Assembly: GCA_029269845.2 (NCBI GenBank)
Contig: CP149973.1
Coordinates: 960,001 to 992,000 of the forward strand
DNA length: 32,000 bases
DNA from: Opitutia bacterium KCR 482
GTDB taxonomy: Bacteria; Verrucomicrobiota; Verrucomicrobiia; Opitutales; Intestinicryptomonadaceae
Direction of reading: 5' to 3'
The number at the start of each line of letters is the position of its first letter. Positions within the stretch are counted from its first letter, which is position 1. Of the stretch, positions 24,246-32,000 are shown piece by piece. Position numbers and translations under genes: made by a program. Below the pieces are notes generated by a model. The model did not search any database and had not been told where the DNA came from. It worked only from the letters and a program-made list of their open reading frames with translations.

Positions 24246-26813
24246 ATGCGAAGGATTATTTGCGCCGTATTGTGCGCGTCGATTTACATGCAGTCGGTCG
24301 AAGCCGCGCCGAACGCGAATCAGGCGGCGGGGAAAATGCCCGAAACCGCCGCGCCCCTCTCGACATCGGAGAAACGGCGCACGGCGGAATATCTGGAATC
24401 GCTCGGAAAATCGGCGCAGTCGGCTCTCCGCGCGGGAATGCCGTCGCTCGCAAAGGCGATTGTAGGCGACGCAATCGAATCGGGAAACATTCCCAAAGAG
24501 CTTGAATCGGGCTTCGACGCAATACTCGTGGACGCGCTGATTGCGCAGGGCGTGTTCGAGGACGCAAAAAAACTGTTCGCAAAAATAGACTCGAAATCCC
24601 CCGCCGACAAAATCAGAAGCGCATTGATAAACGTCGGCATGTTCAACGCAAACGCCGCCGCGGCGGACTTGGAGGGAATAAGCCCAGAAAAGCTCGGCTC
24701 AGACGAGCTTCCGTGGTATTTCATAGCATCGGGCTACATAGACTACGAGCGCGGCGACACGCGCAAAGCCCTAGAAAACTTCGAAAAGGCGAAGAAATCG
24801 GCGGACTTCCCCGCGACAATCGCCGACGTCGAAATAGCCGAAACTTTCTGCAAAATGGACGGCGCCGACACGGGCGAAAGCCCCGAAACGCTCGCAAAAA
24901 ACCTCGGCGAAAAGGTAAAAATCTACATGGGAACGCCGCAGGGCTTCCAGCTCGCAAAGCAGTACGCCGCCGCCCTCTACAAACTCGGCAAGCGCGAGGA
25001 GGCAATAGAGCAGCTCGAAGCCCAGCTCGAAATCGAGCTTGCGTCGGAGCTTGACAAGGACGAAATCAGAATCGTCGCCGCCGCGATGACAAAAAGCCCC
25101 GAAAAACAGCTCGACATGCTGCGCGGAATTCTGCGCGAAACCGCGTCGCCCGCCGTCTGCGATTTCGCCCTCGCGATGTACGCAAAAAACGCGTCGGCGT
25201 CAGCGGAGAACAAGCGGAAATTCTTGGAGGAACTTCTCGAAAACGGCTCGGAAAAAATACGCGACAGAATCTACCTCGAGCTCGCGAAAGCCGCAATAGA
25301 CCTGCGCAACGGCGCGGAGGCGTCGAAATTCGCGGGGAAGCTTGTCGACGAATTTCCCGCGTCGAAATACAAAAGCGACGCGCTCAGAATCCTCGCGTGG
25401 ACGGCGTTCGCCTCCGCCGCCGACAAACTGCCCGAATACAGGCTTGCGGCAAAACACCTCGAATCGCTCGCCGAGCTTGAAAGCGACCCGCAAAAGGCGC
25501 GCGAAATGAAACTGCTCGCCGCCGACTGCTTCTACCTCAACAAAGACTACGGCACGGCGGCGAAACTCTATGCGGAGCTGATGGACACTATGGTGTCGAA
25601 GCGCGGGGTAATCCTCAACCGCGCGATAGAGTCGTACCTGCTGCGCGGCGAGGAAAAGAGCGCGGTCGAACTGCTCGACGCCGCATACGGCAAGAGCGGC
25701 GTGGGCGACGACGCCCTCTGGAACGCCGAGTGGAAAATAATTTCGCGCTTCCGCGCAAACGGCGAAAGCGCGAAGGCTCTGGCGAGAATCGAACGCGCTG
25801 CGAAATCGACGCGCTCGAAACAGCTCCTCGTAAAAATGCAGTGGCTGCTTGCGAGAATCACGGAGGAATCGGGCGACACGCAAAAGGCGGTCGAACGGTG
25901 CGACAAAATCCTAGCCGAACTCGCGAACCCCGACTCCGCCGACAAAAGCACGCGCGAAATCGTGGCGTCGAACGCAATGCTCATGAAAGCCCGCTGCCTC
26001 GAAACGCTCGGCAAAACCGACGAAGCCGTGGCGGTCTACAAAAGCTTGCAGGAAAAATATCCGCAAAGCGACGCCGCAAAAGTCTCATACCTCTACAACG
26101 CGAGAACCGAGGCGGGGCGCGGAAATTTCGCCGCCGCACAGCAGCTCTGCCGCACGCTCGCCGAATCCGACCCCAAGGGCGACTACGCCTACGACGCCGT
26201 CTCCGACGCCGCCCAGTACGCCCGCAAAGTCGGGCTTGAAGCAGACTACAAAAACGCGCTCAAAATGCTCGACAAACTTTGCGCCGACTTCCCCGACAGC
26301 CCGCGCAACTTCTACTCGCGCCTCGCGCAGGCGGAAATTTTGCGCCTGCTGAACGCATTTCCCGACGCCCGCAAACTTTACGAGGAAATCATCAACAACT
26401 ACCAGTCGCACCCCGAAATACACCTCGCGTGGCTCGGACTCGGCGACTGCGTACTTGCCCAGCCCACGCGCGCGCTCAACGCCGTCGCGATTTTCGAGCG
26501 CATCTACGCACTCCCCGAAAGCTCGCCCGCGACGAAAGCCGAAGCCGCGTTCAAATGCGCCTACGCCCTCGAACGCGCGGGGCGCACGCGCGAGGCAAAC
26601 GAAATGCGCTGGGGCACGGCGCGGCAGCTCCTCGCCGAAAAGCCCGCCGACGCCGCGGCGAAATACTGGGTGGGGCGCAGCCTCTACGCGCTTGCGGGCA
26701 ACCTCGAAGCCGCGGGCGAAAAGCGCGACGCCCGCGCGGCGTACGAACTCATTGTAAAATACAAACTGCCGTCGCAAATGGCGGCAAAGGCGAAACTGGA
26801 AAAACTCAATTAA
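24246..26813 (+). CDS. Secreted TPR repeat protein (855 aa)
   Basis: The internal ATG gives the signal peptide MRRIICAVLCASIYMQSVEA/AP. Many TPR-like units follow (DYGTAAKLYAELM, EAVAVYKSLQEKYPQS, ARKLYEEIINNYQSHP, ARAAYELIVKYKLP). It ends 4 nt before exbB. Confidence 0.75.
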   Translation: MRRIICAVLCASIYMQSVEAAPNANQAAGKMPETAAPLSTSEKRRTAEYLESLGKSAQSALRAGMPSLAKAIVGDAIESGNIPKELESGFDAILVDALIAQGVFEDAKKLFAKIDSKSPADKIRSALINVGMFNANAAAADLEGISPEKLGSDELPWYFIASGYIDYERGDTRKALENFEKAKKSADFPATIADVEIAETFCKMDGADTGESPETLAKNLGEKVKIYMGTPQGFQLAKQYAAALYKLGKREEAIEQLEAQLEIELASELDKDEIRIVAAAMTKSPEKQLDMLRGILRETASPAVCDFALAMYAKNASASAENKRKFLEELLENGSEKIRDRIYLELAKAAIDLRNGAEASKFAGKLVDEFPASKYKSDALRILAWTAFASAADKLPEYRLAAKHLESLAELESDPQKAREMKLLAADCFYLNKDYGTAAKLYAELMDTMVSKRGVILNRAIESYLLRGEEKSAVELLDAAYGKSGVGDDALWNAEWKIISRFRANGESAKALARIERAAKSTRSKQLLVKMQWLLARITEESGDTQKAVERCDKILAELANPDSADKSTREIVASNAMLMKARCLETLGKTDEAVAVYKSLQEKYPQSDAAKVSYLYNARTEAGRGNFAAAQQLCRTLAESDPKGDYAYDAVSDAAQYARKVGLEADYKNALKMLDKLCADFPDSPRNFYSRLAQAEILRLLNAFPDARKLYEEIINNYQSHPEIHLAWLGLGDCVLAQPTRALNAVAIFERIYALPESSPATKAEAAFKCAYALERAGRTREANEMRWGTARQLLAEKPADAAAKYWVGRSLYALAGNLEAAGEKRDARAAYELIVKYKLPSQMAAKAKLEKLN

Positions 26814-26817
26814 TTTT

Positions 26818-27477
26818 ATGCAGAAACTCATCGACATCTTTTCAATGGGCGGCCCCGTAATGATACCGCTTGCGGGCTTGGGCTTCGTGGGGGCGATAAT
26901 TTTTCTCGAACGCCTGCTCTACCTGCACAAGGGGCAGATACGCGCGGTCGAGTTCGTGTCGGGCATAAAAACCGCGCTCAAAAACAGGCGGCTTCTCGAA
27001 GCAATCACAATTTGCGACGAAAGCTTCGGGCCGATTCCGCGAATCGTAAAAACCGCCCTGCTCAACATAGAACAGCCGCGCGACGTCATGGCGCAAAGCG
27101 TGGCGGTCGCCGCGCAAAACGAATTCGCGCTGATAGACAGGCGCGTGGCGAGCGTCGCGCTCGTGGCGAAAGTCGCGCCGCTGCTGGGGCTGTTGGGGAC
27201 GGTCGTAGCGCTTCTGCAAAGCTTCTACACAATGTCTAAAAGCGGCTCGTACGCGACCGCCGCGGAATTTTCGGGCTATGTCTACGCCGCCCTGCTCTCG
27301 ACGGCGTTCGGGCTTCTGATTTCGATTTCGGGCTGGCTTGCGTACAGCTTTCTCAACAGCCGCGTGCGCGCGCTCGCCCACGACATCGACCTTTCCGCGA
27401 ACGAAATCCTGCTTTTCATCAACAGGGGCATGCCCGAAAACGAAAACCTGCACTTGAAGGGAAAGGACGCAAAATGA
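26818..27477 (+). CDS. MotA/TolQ/ExbB proton-channel family protein
   Basis: It has three hydrophobic spans. The C-terminal half reads VAKVAPLLGLLGTVVALLQSF...ALLSTAFGLLISI, matching the TolQ/ExbB core (A.LLGLLGTV.G...F......AL..T..GL..AIP). Confidence 0.85.
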   Translation: MQKLIDIFSMGGPVMIPLAGLGFVGAIIFLERLLYLHKGQIRAVEFVSGIKTALKNRRLLEAITICDESFGPIPRIVKTALLNIEQPRDVMAQSVAVAAQNEFALIDRRVASVALVAKVAPLLGLLGTVVALLQSFYTMSKSGSYATAAEFSGYVYAALLSTAFGLLISISGWLAYSFLNSRVRALAHDIDLSANEILLFINRGMPENENLHLKGKDAK

Positions 27478-27905
27478 CGATTGTCGACGTTTCGTCGAAA
27501 GTCAGGCGCGAGCGCATAACGCTTTGCTCGGCGGCTCTTGCCGACGCGCTTTTAATCGCGCTGATGTTTACGGTGCTCGGCTCCAAGTTCATACTCGCTC
27601 CGGGGTTCGCGGTGGACTTCGGCGGAGACTCCCTGCCCGCGGCGAAATCGCCCGACGCGGCGGTCGTAGACGGAGATCTCGACGTGCTCAACGCGAACGG
27701 AAATTCGATGGTGATTTTCGACGGCGCGATTTTCAACGCCGAAACTTTCGCAAGAAAAATGGCGACGGAAAAAAAACGCCGCGGCACGCTGCTCGTCAAG
27801 GCCGACAAAAACCTCGACGCGCAGACTCTGCTTAATATTTGCGAGTCGGCGCGCGCGGGCGGATACACAAAAATCCACATCGCCGCCCGCCCCGAAAACC
27901 CCTAA
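27474..27905 (+). CDS. ExbD/TolR family protein
   Basis: The ATG overlaps the exbB stop as ATGA. It has an N-terminal TM (LADALLIALMFTVLG) and a periplasmic domain ending LLVKADKNLDAQTLLNICESARAGGYTKIHIA, which is ExbD/TolR-like. Confidence 0.8.
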   Translation: MTIVDVSSKVRRERITLCSAALADALLIALMFTVLGSKFILAPGFAVDFGGDSLPAAKSPDAAVVDGDLDVLNANGNSMVIFDGAIFNAETFARKMATEKKRRGTLLVKADKNLDAQTLLNICESARAGGYTKIHIAARPENP

Positions 27906-27908
27906 CAG

Positions 27909-28607
27909 ATGGACGACGCCCGACAGAAACGCCACACAACGCTCGTTTCCGCGCTCGCAACATGCGCGGCGGCGGCGGCGTTTTTTGCGTTTTTCCCCGA
28001 CGTCTCCCCCGAATGCAAAGACCCGAAAGAGCCGCAAACGCTCGCGTCGATTTCGACCGACGGCGAGGGATTTTTCGGGCTTGACGAAATCGCCGACTTC
28101 GCCCCGCTTTTCCTGCCCACAAGGCGCAACGCCTCCGCCGCGCCCCGCAAAATTCCGCAACCAGCGGGCTGGGACTTCGGCAAGAGCGATTCCGACACCC
28201 CAGCCGCCGCCTTGCGCTCGCCCGAATTTCTGCCGAACGCCGAAAGCGACATGGCGCGGGGGCGCAGCGCATTCATGAGGGCGGTCATGCGCAACTTCTT
28301 TTCGTCGTACGGCCGCGCAAACTTGGACATTCCCCAATCGGACGGCTCGGCGACATTCAAGCTTGTCGATTTGAACACGGGCGAAACCGTAAGAACCGCG
28401 CCCGTAAAATTGAAGTCGCCCAACAAAATGTACGCCGTCGCCGAGTTCAAAGTCTATATAGAGCGCGACGGCTGGGCGATGAAGCCGCTCGAACTGCAAT
28501 CGTCGGGCGACGAGCGCAACGACGCCGAACTTGCGTCAATGCTGACCTCCGCAAAGCTCCTCAAAGGCGCGGAGAAAGGCGAGTACAGGGCGGTTTTCAT
28601 ACCCTGA
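27909..28607 (+). CDS. Membrane-anchored protein in the TonB/TolA position (divergent TonB-like)
   Basis: It starts 3 nt after the exbD stop. It has an N-terminal TM (TTLVSALATCAAAAAFFAFF) and a P/A-containing linker. The C-terminus FKVYIERDGWAMKPLELQSSGDERNDAELASML loosely follows the TonB C-terminal pattern (V.F.V..dG.V....v..SSG...LD.aA). This is a position-plus-weak-motif call. Confidence 0.45.
   Translation: MDDARQKRHTTLVSALATCAAAAAFFAFFPDVSPECKDPKEPQTLASISTDGEGFFGLDEIADFAPLFLPTRRNASAAPRKIPQPAGWDFGKSDSDTPAAALRSPEFLPNAESDMARGRSAFMRAVMRNFFSSYGRANLDIPQSDGSATFKLVDLNTGETVRTAPVKLKSPNKMYAVAEFKVYIERDGWAMKPLELQSSGDERNDAELASMLTSAKLLKGAEKGEYRAVFIP
28227..28258. repeat. Left arm of a perfect 32-bp inverted repeat (inside the TonB-like CDS)
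   Basis: tttctgccgaacgccgaaagcgacatggcgcg is the exact reverse complement of 28660..28691; I checked it base by base. It encodes FLPNAESDMAR (codons 107-117). Confidence 0.95.
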
Positions 28608-28659
28608 TTTAGGCGGGCAGCCGAATAAAATTCCGCTCCGCCTATGCGCGCCGCGCCCG

Positions 28660-28691
28660 CGCGCCATGTCGCTTTCGGCGTTCGGCAGAAA
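28660..28691. repeat. Right arm of a perfect 32-bp inverted repeat (intergenic)
   Basis: cgcgccatgtcgctttcggcgttcggcagaaa is a 32/32 reverse-complement match to 28227..28258. Ungapped similarity continues about 15 nt inward (roughly 12-13 of 15). Confidence 0.95.
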
Positions 28692-28718
28692 ATCCAGTCG
28701 GCGCAAAGACATGCGCCT

Positions 28719-28750
28719 AAAAAAACGCCCGTCGAAAACTCGGCGGGCGT
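28719..28750 (-). terminator. Intrinsic terminator after the RNase G/E gene
   Basis: Stem acgcccg (28725-28731) paired with cgggcgt (28744-28750), a 12-nt loop, and a minus-strand T7 (plus A-run 28719-28725). It lies 20 nt after the stop at 28770. Confidence 0.6.
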
Positions 28751-28769
28751 TTTGCGGAATTTGCGGCGT

Positions 28770-30464
28770 CTACTTGCGGGCGTCGATAATCCTGAAATTC
28801 TCCAAGTGGTAGGACGGGTCGGCGCGGAACGTCAATTTGAGGTTGTACGCCTTTTCCAGATTGATGAGGTGTTCGTAGTCTTCCGTCTGCAAGCGTTGGA
28901 GGTTGTCGGGGTGGAGCAGAATGAGCAGCGCAAGCTCGCCCACGTTTGCGTTGTTTGCCCGCATAGACCTGCATGTTGCGACAATCTTGCGCTGTATTTC
29001 CGCGCTCATCGTCCGCGCCGATTTCACAATGCCCTTGCCGCCGCAATACGGGCATGTCGTGTAAATGCCGCTCGAATTGCTCTGCGCGTGGCGCTGGCGC
29101 GTCATCTGCATGATGCCGAGCTGCGAAATCGGCAGAACTTGGCTCTTTGCCTTGTCCTTTTCCATTTCGTCTTTCAGGCGTTTGTAGACCGCCTGCCTGT
29201 CCTTGCGGCTCTTCATATCGATTGTGTCGATGATGACAAGCCCGCCCAAGTTGCGCAGGCGCACCTGACGCGCCGCCTCTGTTACGGCTTCGAGGTTCGC
29301 CTGCAAGATGAAGTCTTTGCCGTCCTCGCTCTTGCCTTTGTGCGAGCCTGTGTTTACGTCGATTGCCACAAGCGCCTCGGTTTCGTCGATTACGATTTCG
29401 CCGCCCGACGGAAGCGGCACGCGACGCTGGAATGTCTGCGCGATTTGCCGCTCGATGTTGTAGCGTTCGAAAATCGGAATGTTTTCCTTGAAGAGCTGGA
29501 TTTTACTGCGGGCGCGGCGCGAGATTTCCGACACGGAACGCAGAATGCGCTCGTAGTCTTCGCGGCTGTCGATGAGGATTCTGTCGGTCTGTTCGGTGAG
29601 GAAGTCGCGGACGGTGCGCTCTATGAGGTCGGGCTCTTTGTAGATGGTCGCGGGCGCGGGGACGGTCTCTATGCGCTGCTGGATTTTCTTCCAGATGTTC
29701 AGTAGCATGTGGAGGTCGCGCACAAAGTATGTCCAGCGTTTGCCCTGCCCAGCCGTGCGGACGATAACGCCCATGCCTTCGGGCACTTTCATCGACTTCA
29801 AAATCTTCTTGATGCGCTCGCGCTCGGCTCTGTCCTCGATTTTCCTCGAAATGCCGAACTGCCCCGCGAACGGCATGAGCACGAGGTAGCGGCCGGGAAT
29901 TGCGATGTTCGTCGTTACGCGCGGGCCTTTTGTGCCGATTTGCGTCTTGGTGATTTGCACGATGATTTCCGTGCCTATCGGGAATTTTTCGGGAATGTCC
30001 TTCGTCGAAAACTTCTGCGCCTTTTTCTGTTCCTTGCTCTTGTTTTCGCGGACGACTTCGTAGGAGTTGTCGGTCGTCGTCGGGAAGATGTCCCAGTAGT
30101 GGAGGAACGCGTTTTTGGGCTGTCCGATATCGACGAACGCCGCCTTCAAGCCGGGCTCGAGGTTTTGGATTTTCCCCTTGAAAATCGCCCCGACCATGCT
30201 TTCGTCGCCGTTGCGCTCGATTTCGAATTTCTGCATCACGCCCTCGACAAGCAGCGCGACGCGTTTTTCGAAAGGCTCCACGTTGATTACGATTTCGCGG
30301 TAGGGTTCGTCTTCGCGTTTGAGAAGTCTGATGATTTTTTCGAGAAGCGGACGCTTTTTTGCGCGCAGCTTCGCCTCCTGATTAAGCTGTTCTTCGGGAA
30401 TAGGCTCGACTACCTCCTCCGCGGGACGCTTTGTCAAATCATAGTTTTGGTTTTCCTGTTTCAT
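28770..30464 (-). CDS. rng: Ribonuclease G/E family endoribonuclease
   Basis: S1 domain [24 protein letters not shown]. Catalytic-core blocks [10 protein letters not shown] and [11 protein letters not shown] (compare GGIIVIDFIDM). A Zn-link-like CPYCGGKG is present. It is 564 aa and lacks a long RNase E scaffold tail. Confidence 0.9.
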   Translation of the reverse strand: MKQENQNYDLTKRPAEEVVEPIPEEQLNQEAKLRAKKRPLLEKIIRLLKREDEPYREIVINVEPFEKRVALLVEGVMQKFEIERNGDESMVGAIFKGKIQNLEPGLKAAFVDIGQPKNAFLHYWDIFPTTTDNSYEVVRENKSKEQKKAQKFSTKDIPEKFPIGTEIIVQITKTQIGTKGPRVTTNIAIPGRYLVLMPFAGQFGISRKIEDRAERERIKKILKSMKVPEGMGVIVRTAGQGKRWTYFVRDLHMLLNIWKKIQQRIETVPAPATIYKEPDLIERTVRDFLTEQTDRILIDSREDYERILRSVSEISRRARSKIQLFKENIPIFERYNIERQIAQTFQRRVPLPSGGEIVIDETEALVAIDVNTGSHKGKSEDGKDFILQANLEAVTEAARQVRLRNLGGLVIIDTIDMKSRKDRQAVYKRLKDEMEKDKAKSQVLPISQLGIMQMTRQRHAQSNSSGIYTTCPYCGGKGIVKSARTMSAEIQRKIVATCRSMRANNANVGELALLILLHPDNLQRLQTEDYEHLINLEKAYNLKLTFRADPSYHLENFRIIDARK

Positions 30465-30505
30465 GGTTTCGCTTTAATTTTGGATTAAGCGAAACTTTTG
30501 CCTTT

Positions 30506-31783
30506 TCACGCATATTCTTTTCTGTGTCGGTATACGCTTTGAACGAGACCGAGTAGTATGCAACACGTCAAAACAAAAGTTCCGCCATAACTTAACATTG
30601 GCAGGGGAACTCCCGTAATCGGCATAATGCCGATGGTCATTCCCACGTTTATGAAAGTGTGCGTCATGAGTATTACGCCGATTCCCGCGCACAGATACCT
30701 TCCGAACCCGTCGCGCGAAAGTTGCGCAGCCCCAAGACAGCCGTAAATTATTATTATCGCCATCAATACGACGGCGACCGTCGCCCCGAAGAACCCCGAT
30801 TCCTCGGCGAGCACCGAAAATATGAAGTCGTTATACGCGACGCTCGACGGCAGATAGCCCAGTTTTGCCTGAGTGCCTTCGGCGTGCCCCTTCCCGAAAA
30901 TGCCGCCCGACCCGACCGAAATCAGGCTCTGCCGCTGGTTCCAGCTAACGCCGTTCCCCTGGGGGTCAACGACTTCGGGAGCAATGAACGCCAAAATTCT
31001 GTTGCGCTGGTAGTCTTTAAGCGGCAGTGTCAGAGCCGCCGACGACCCGTATGCGTTAGCGTTCGCCGCCGCCTCCGCCGACATATTGTGCGACTTCAAA
31101 AACGCGTTGTATCCGCAAATATCCGCCGCCACCACGCCTATCAGCAGCCCGAAAAGGAGCGCGCCGACTGCGAAAAACCTCTTCGGGAGGTTCGATATGT
31201 AGAGCATGGCGAAAAGCATTGGAAAAAATACGAGAGTAGAGCCTAAGTCTGGTTGCAAAAAAATCAACAAAATAGGAACTAAAAATACCGCCGCTATTTT
31301 CAGCCAGAATTTCAAATTTTTCTTTCCGTCGTTGCGGGCGAACATCGCCGCCGCCATTATGCACGTCCCGATTTTCGCGAATTCCGACGGCTGGACGGAC
31401 ACCGCCCCGAAGTCAATCCAGCGCGTCGCGTTGTAGCGGCTTTCCACAAACGGTATCGGAATTCCCAAATTTTCCTTTAACGCAAGCGGAATCAGCAGAA
31501 GCAGCGACAGCGCGTAGATTGCGTTGGCGTAGGTGAAAAACACCTTGTAGTCTATCCACGCAAGAAAGACGTACACGGGCACCCCCGCGAACACAAAATA
31601 GCATATCTGCTTGACCCAAAACTGTTTGGCGAGCGGAATTTCGTCTATATTGTAGCTCTGCGCGGAGTAGATGAACGCCACCCCCATGAGAAACAGCAGG
31701 AACATGCAAAGCGGAACGACGAAGTCGGTCTTGACTCCGCCGCGTTCGGGCACTGTTCCGTATATTTCCCTGTCGAGTTTCAT
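30506..31783 (-). CDS. SEDS-family peptidoglycan glycosyltransferase (FtsW/RodA/SpoVE)
   Basis: About 10 hydrophobic spans. Blocks QPSEFAKI, FLQPDLGS, TDFIFSVLAEE-like (NDFIFSVLAEESGF) and PLPMLSYGGT are present. The ATG at 31783 is chosen because upstream sequence is occupied by the metH reading frame. The track's 42-aa N-terminal extension is Arg-rich shadow. Confidence 0.85.
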   Translation of the reverse strand: MKLDREIYGTVPERGGVKTDFVVPLCMFLLFLMGVAFIYSAQSYNIDEIPLAKQFWVKQICYFVFAGVPVYVFLAWIDYKVFFTYANAIYALSLLLLIPLALKENLGIPIPFVESRYNATRWIDFGAVSVQPSEFAKIGTCIMAAAMFARNDGKKNLKFWLKIAAVFLVPILLIFLQPDLGSTLVFFPMLFAMLYISNLPKRFFAVGALLFGLLIGVVAADICGYNAFLKSHNMSAEAAANANAYGSSAALTLPLKDYQRNRILAFIAPEVVDPQGNGVSWNQRQSLISVGSGGIFGKGHAEGTQAKLGYLPSSVAYNDFIFSVLAEESGFFGATVAVVLMAIIIIYGCLGAAQLSRDGFGRYLCAGIGVILMTHTFINVGMTIGIMPITGVPLPMLSYGGTFVLTCCILLGLVQSVYRHRKEYA

Positions 31784-32000
31784 CGCGCCCTTACCGACAT
31801 GTATTTTTCGACATCTTCGACTGCCCGACCGCCGCGTTCGGCGTAGTCGCGAACTTGGTCCCGCCCGATTTCCGCCGAAAAGTATTTCGCCGACGGATTG
31901 GCAATCCACAACGCCGCGACAGACGACTTCGGCGTCATCATGAAGTTGTCCGTAAGTTTTATGCCCGCCGACTCTTCGAGCGAGAGCAGTTTTTCGAACT
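31780..32000 (-). CDS. metH: Methionine synthase (cobalamin-dependent), C-terminal 73 codons only
   Basis: Absent from the track because it runs off the right edge. My manual translation is FEKLLSLEESAGIKLTDNFMMTPKSSVAALWIANPSAKYFSAEIGRDQVRDYAERGGRAVEDVEKYMSVRAR*. This parallels the E. coli MetH C-terminus (...[58 protein letters not shown]). The stop TGA overlaps the SEDS ATG as ATGA. Confidence 0.8.
   Translation of the reverse strand, partial: FEKLLSLEESAGIKLTDNFMMTPKSSVAALWIANPSAKYFSAEIGRDQVRDYAERGGRAVEDVEKYMSVRAR

Noticed and set aside
1-32000. Window-wide look for CRISPR arrays, rRNA/tRNA/tmRNA/RNase P/SRP RNA, IS elements, integrases, toxin-antitoxin pairs and restriction-modification genes
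   Set aside because: I noticed no regularly spaced direct repeats. No intergenic region is long enough or has the conserved boxes of these RNAs. No ORF shows transposase DDE, integrase or methyltransferase motifs. The only long repeat found is the 32-bp inverted pair at 28227 and 28660.

Overview
This is a visibly GC-rich, gene-dense chromosomal window with about 27 protein genes in short operons, most ending in clear hairpin plus T-run terminators. I found no rRNA, tRNA, CRISPR array, transposase, integrase or phage genes. Recognisable content:
- an edge-truncated chemoreceptor
- an operon of ABC ATPase, NSS transporter, a 51-aa membrane peptide and a NYN RNase
- a Pal-like lipoprotein
- GH78-like and GH32-like secreted glycosidases
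- a Tat-exported FAD oxidoreductase
- ispE divergent from pyrF-ispD-ispF
- a patatin phospholipase behind a TPR membrane protein
- an outer-membrane beta-barrel protein
- an MBL hydrolase
- a TPR-ExbB-ExbD-TonB-like operon
- RNase G/E, a SEDS (FtsW/RodA) protein and the C-terminus of metH

This content suggests a Gram-negative glycan degrader, possibly from the PVC superphylum, but that is inference only. Three real coding regions are absent from the supplied ORF track: the two edge-truncated genes (1..1693 and 31780..32000) and a 51-codon gene (5591..5746). Many long track ORFs are Arg/Gly/Ala-rich shadow frames. I do not see a clear defence island or mobile element. The leads I rate highest are:
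1. A perfect 32-bp inverted repeat (28227..28258 and 28660..28691) bracketing the 3' third of the TonB-like gene.
2. The orphan ABC ATPase translationally coupled to an NSS transporter and a micro-protein.
3. A GH32-like protein whose RDP and EC catalytic motifs appear replaced.
4. An uncharacterisable 563-aa protein with a basic repeat head and an acidic tail.

All functional calls come from motif recognition by eye; no searches were run.
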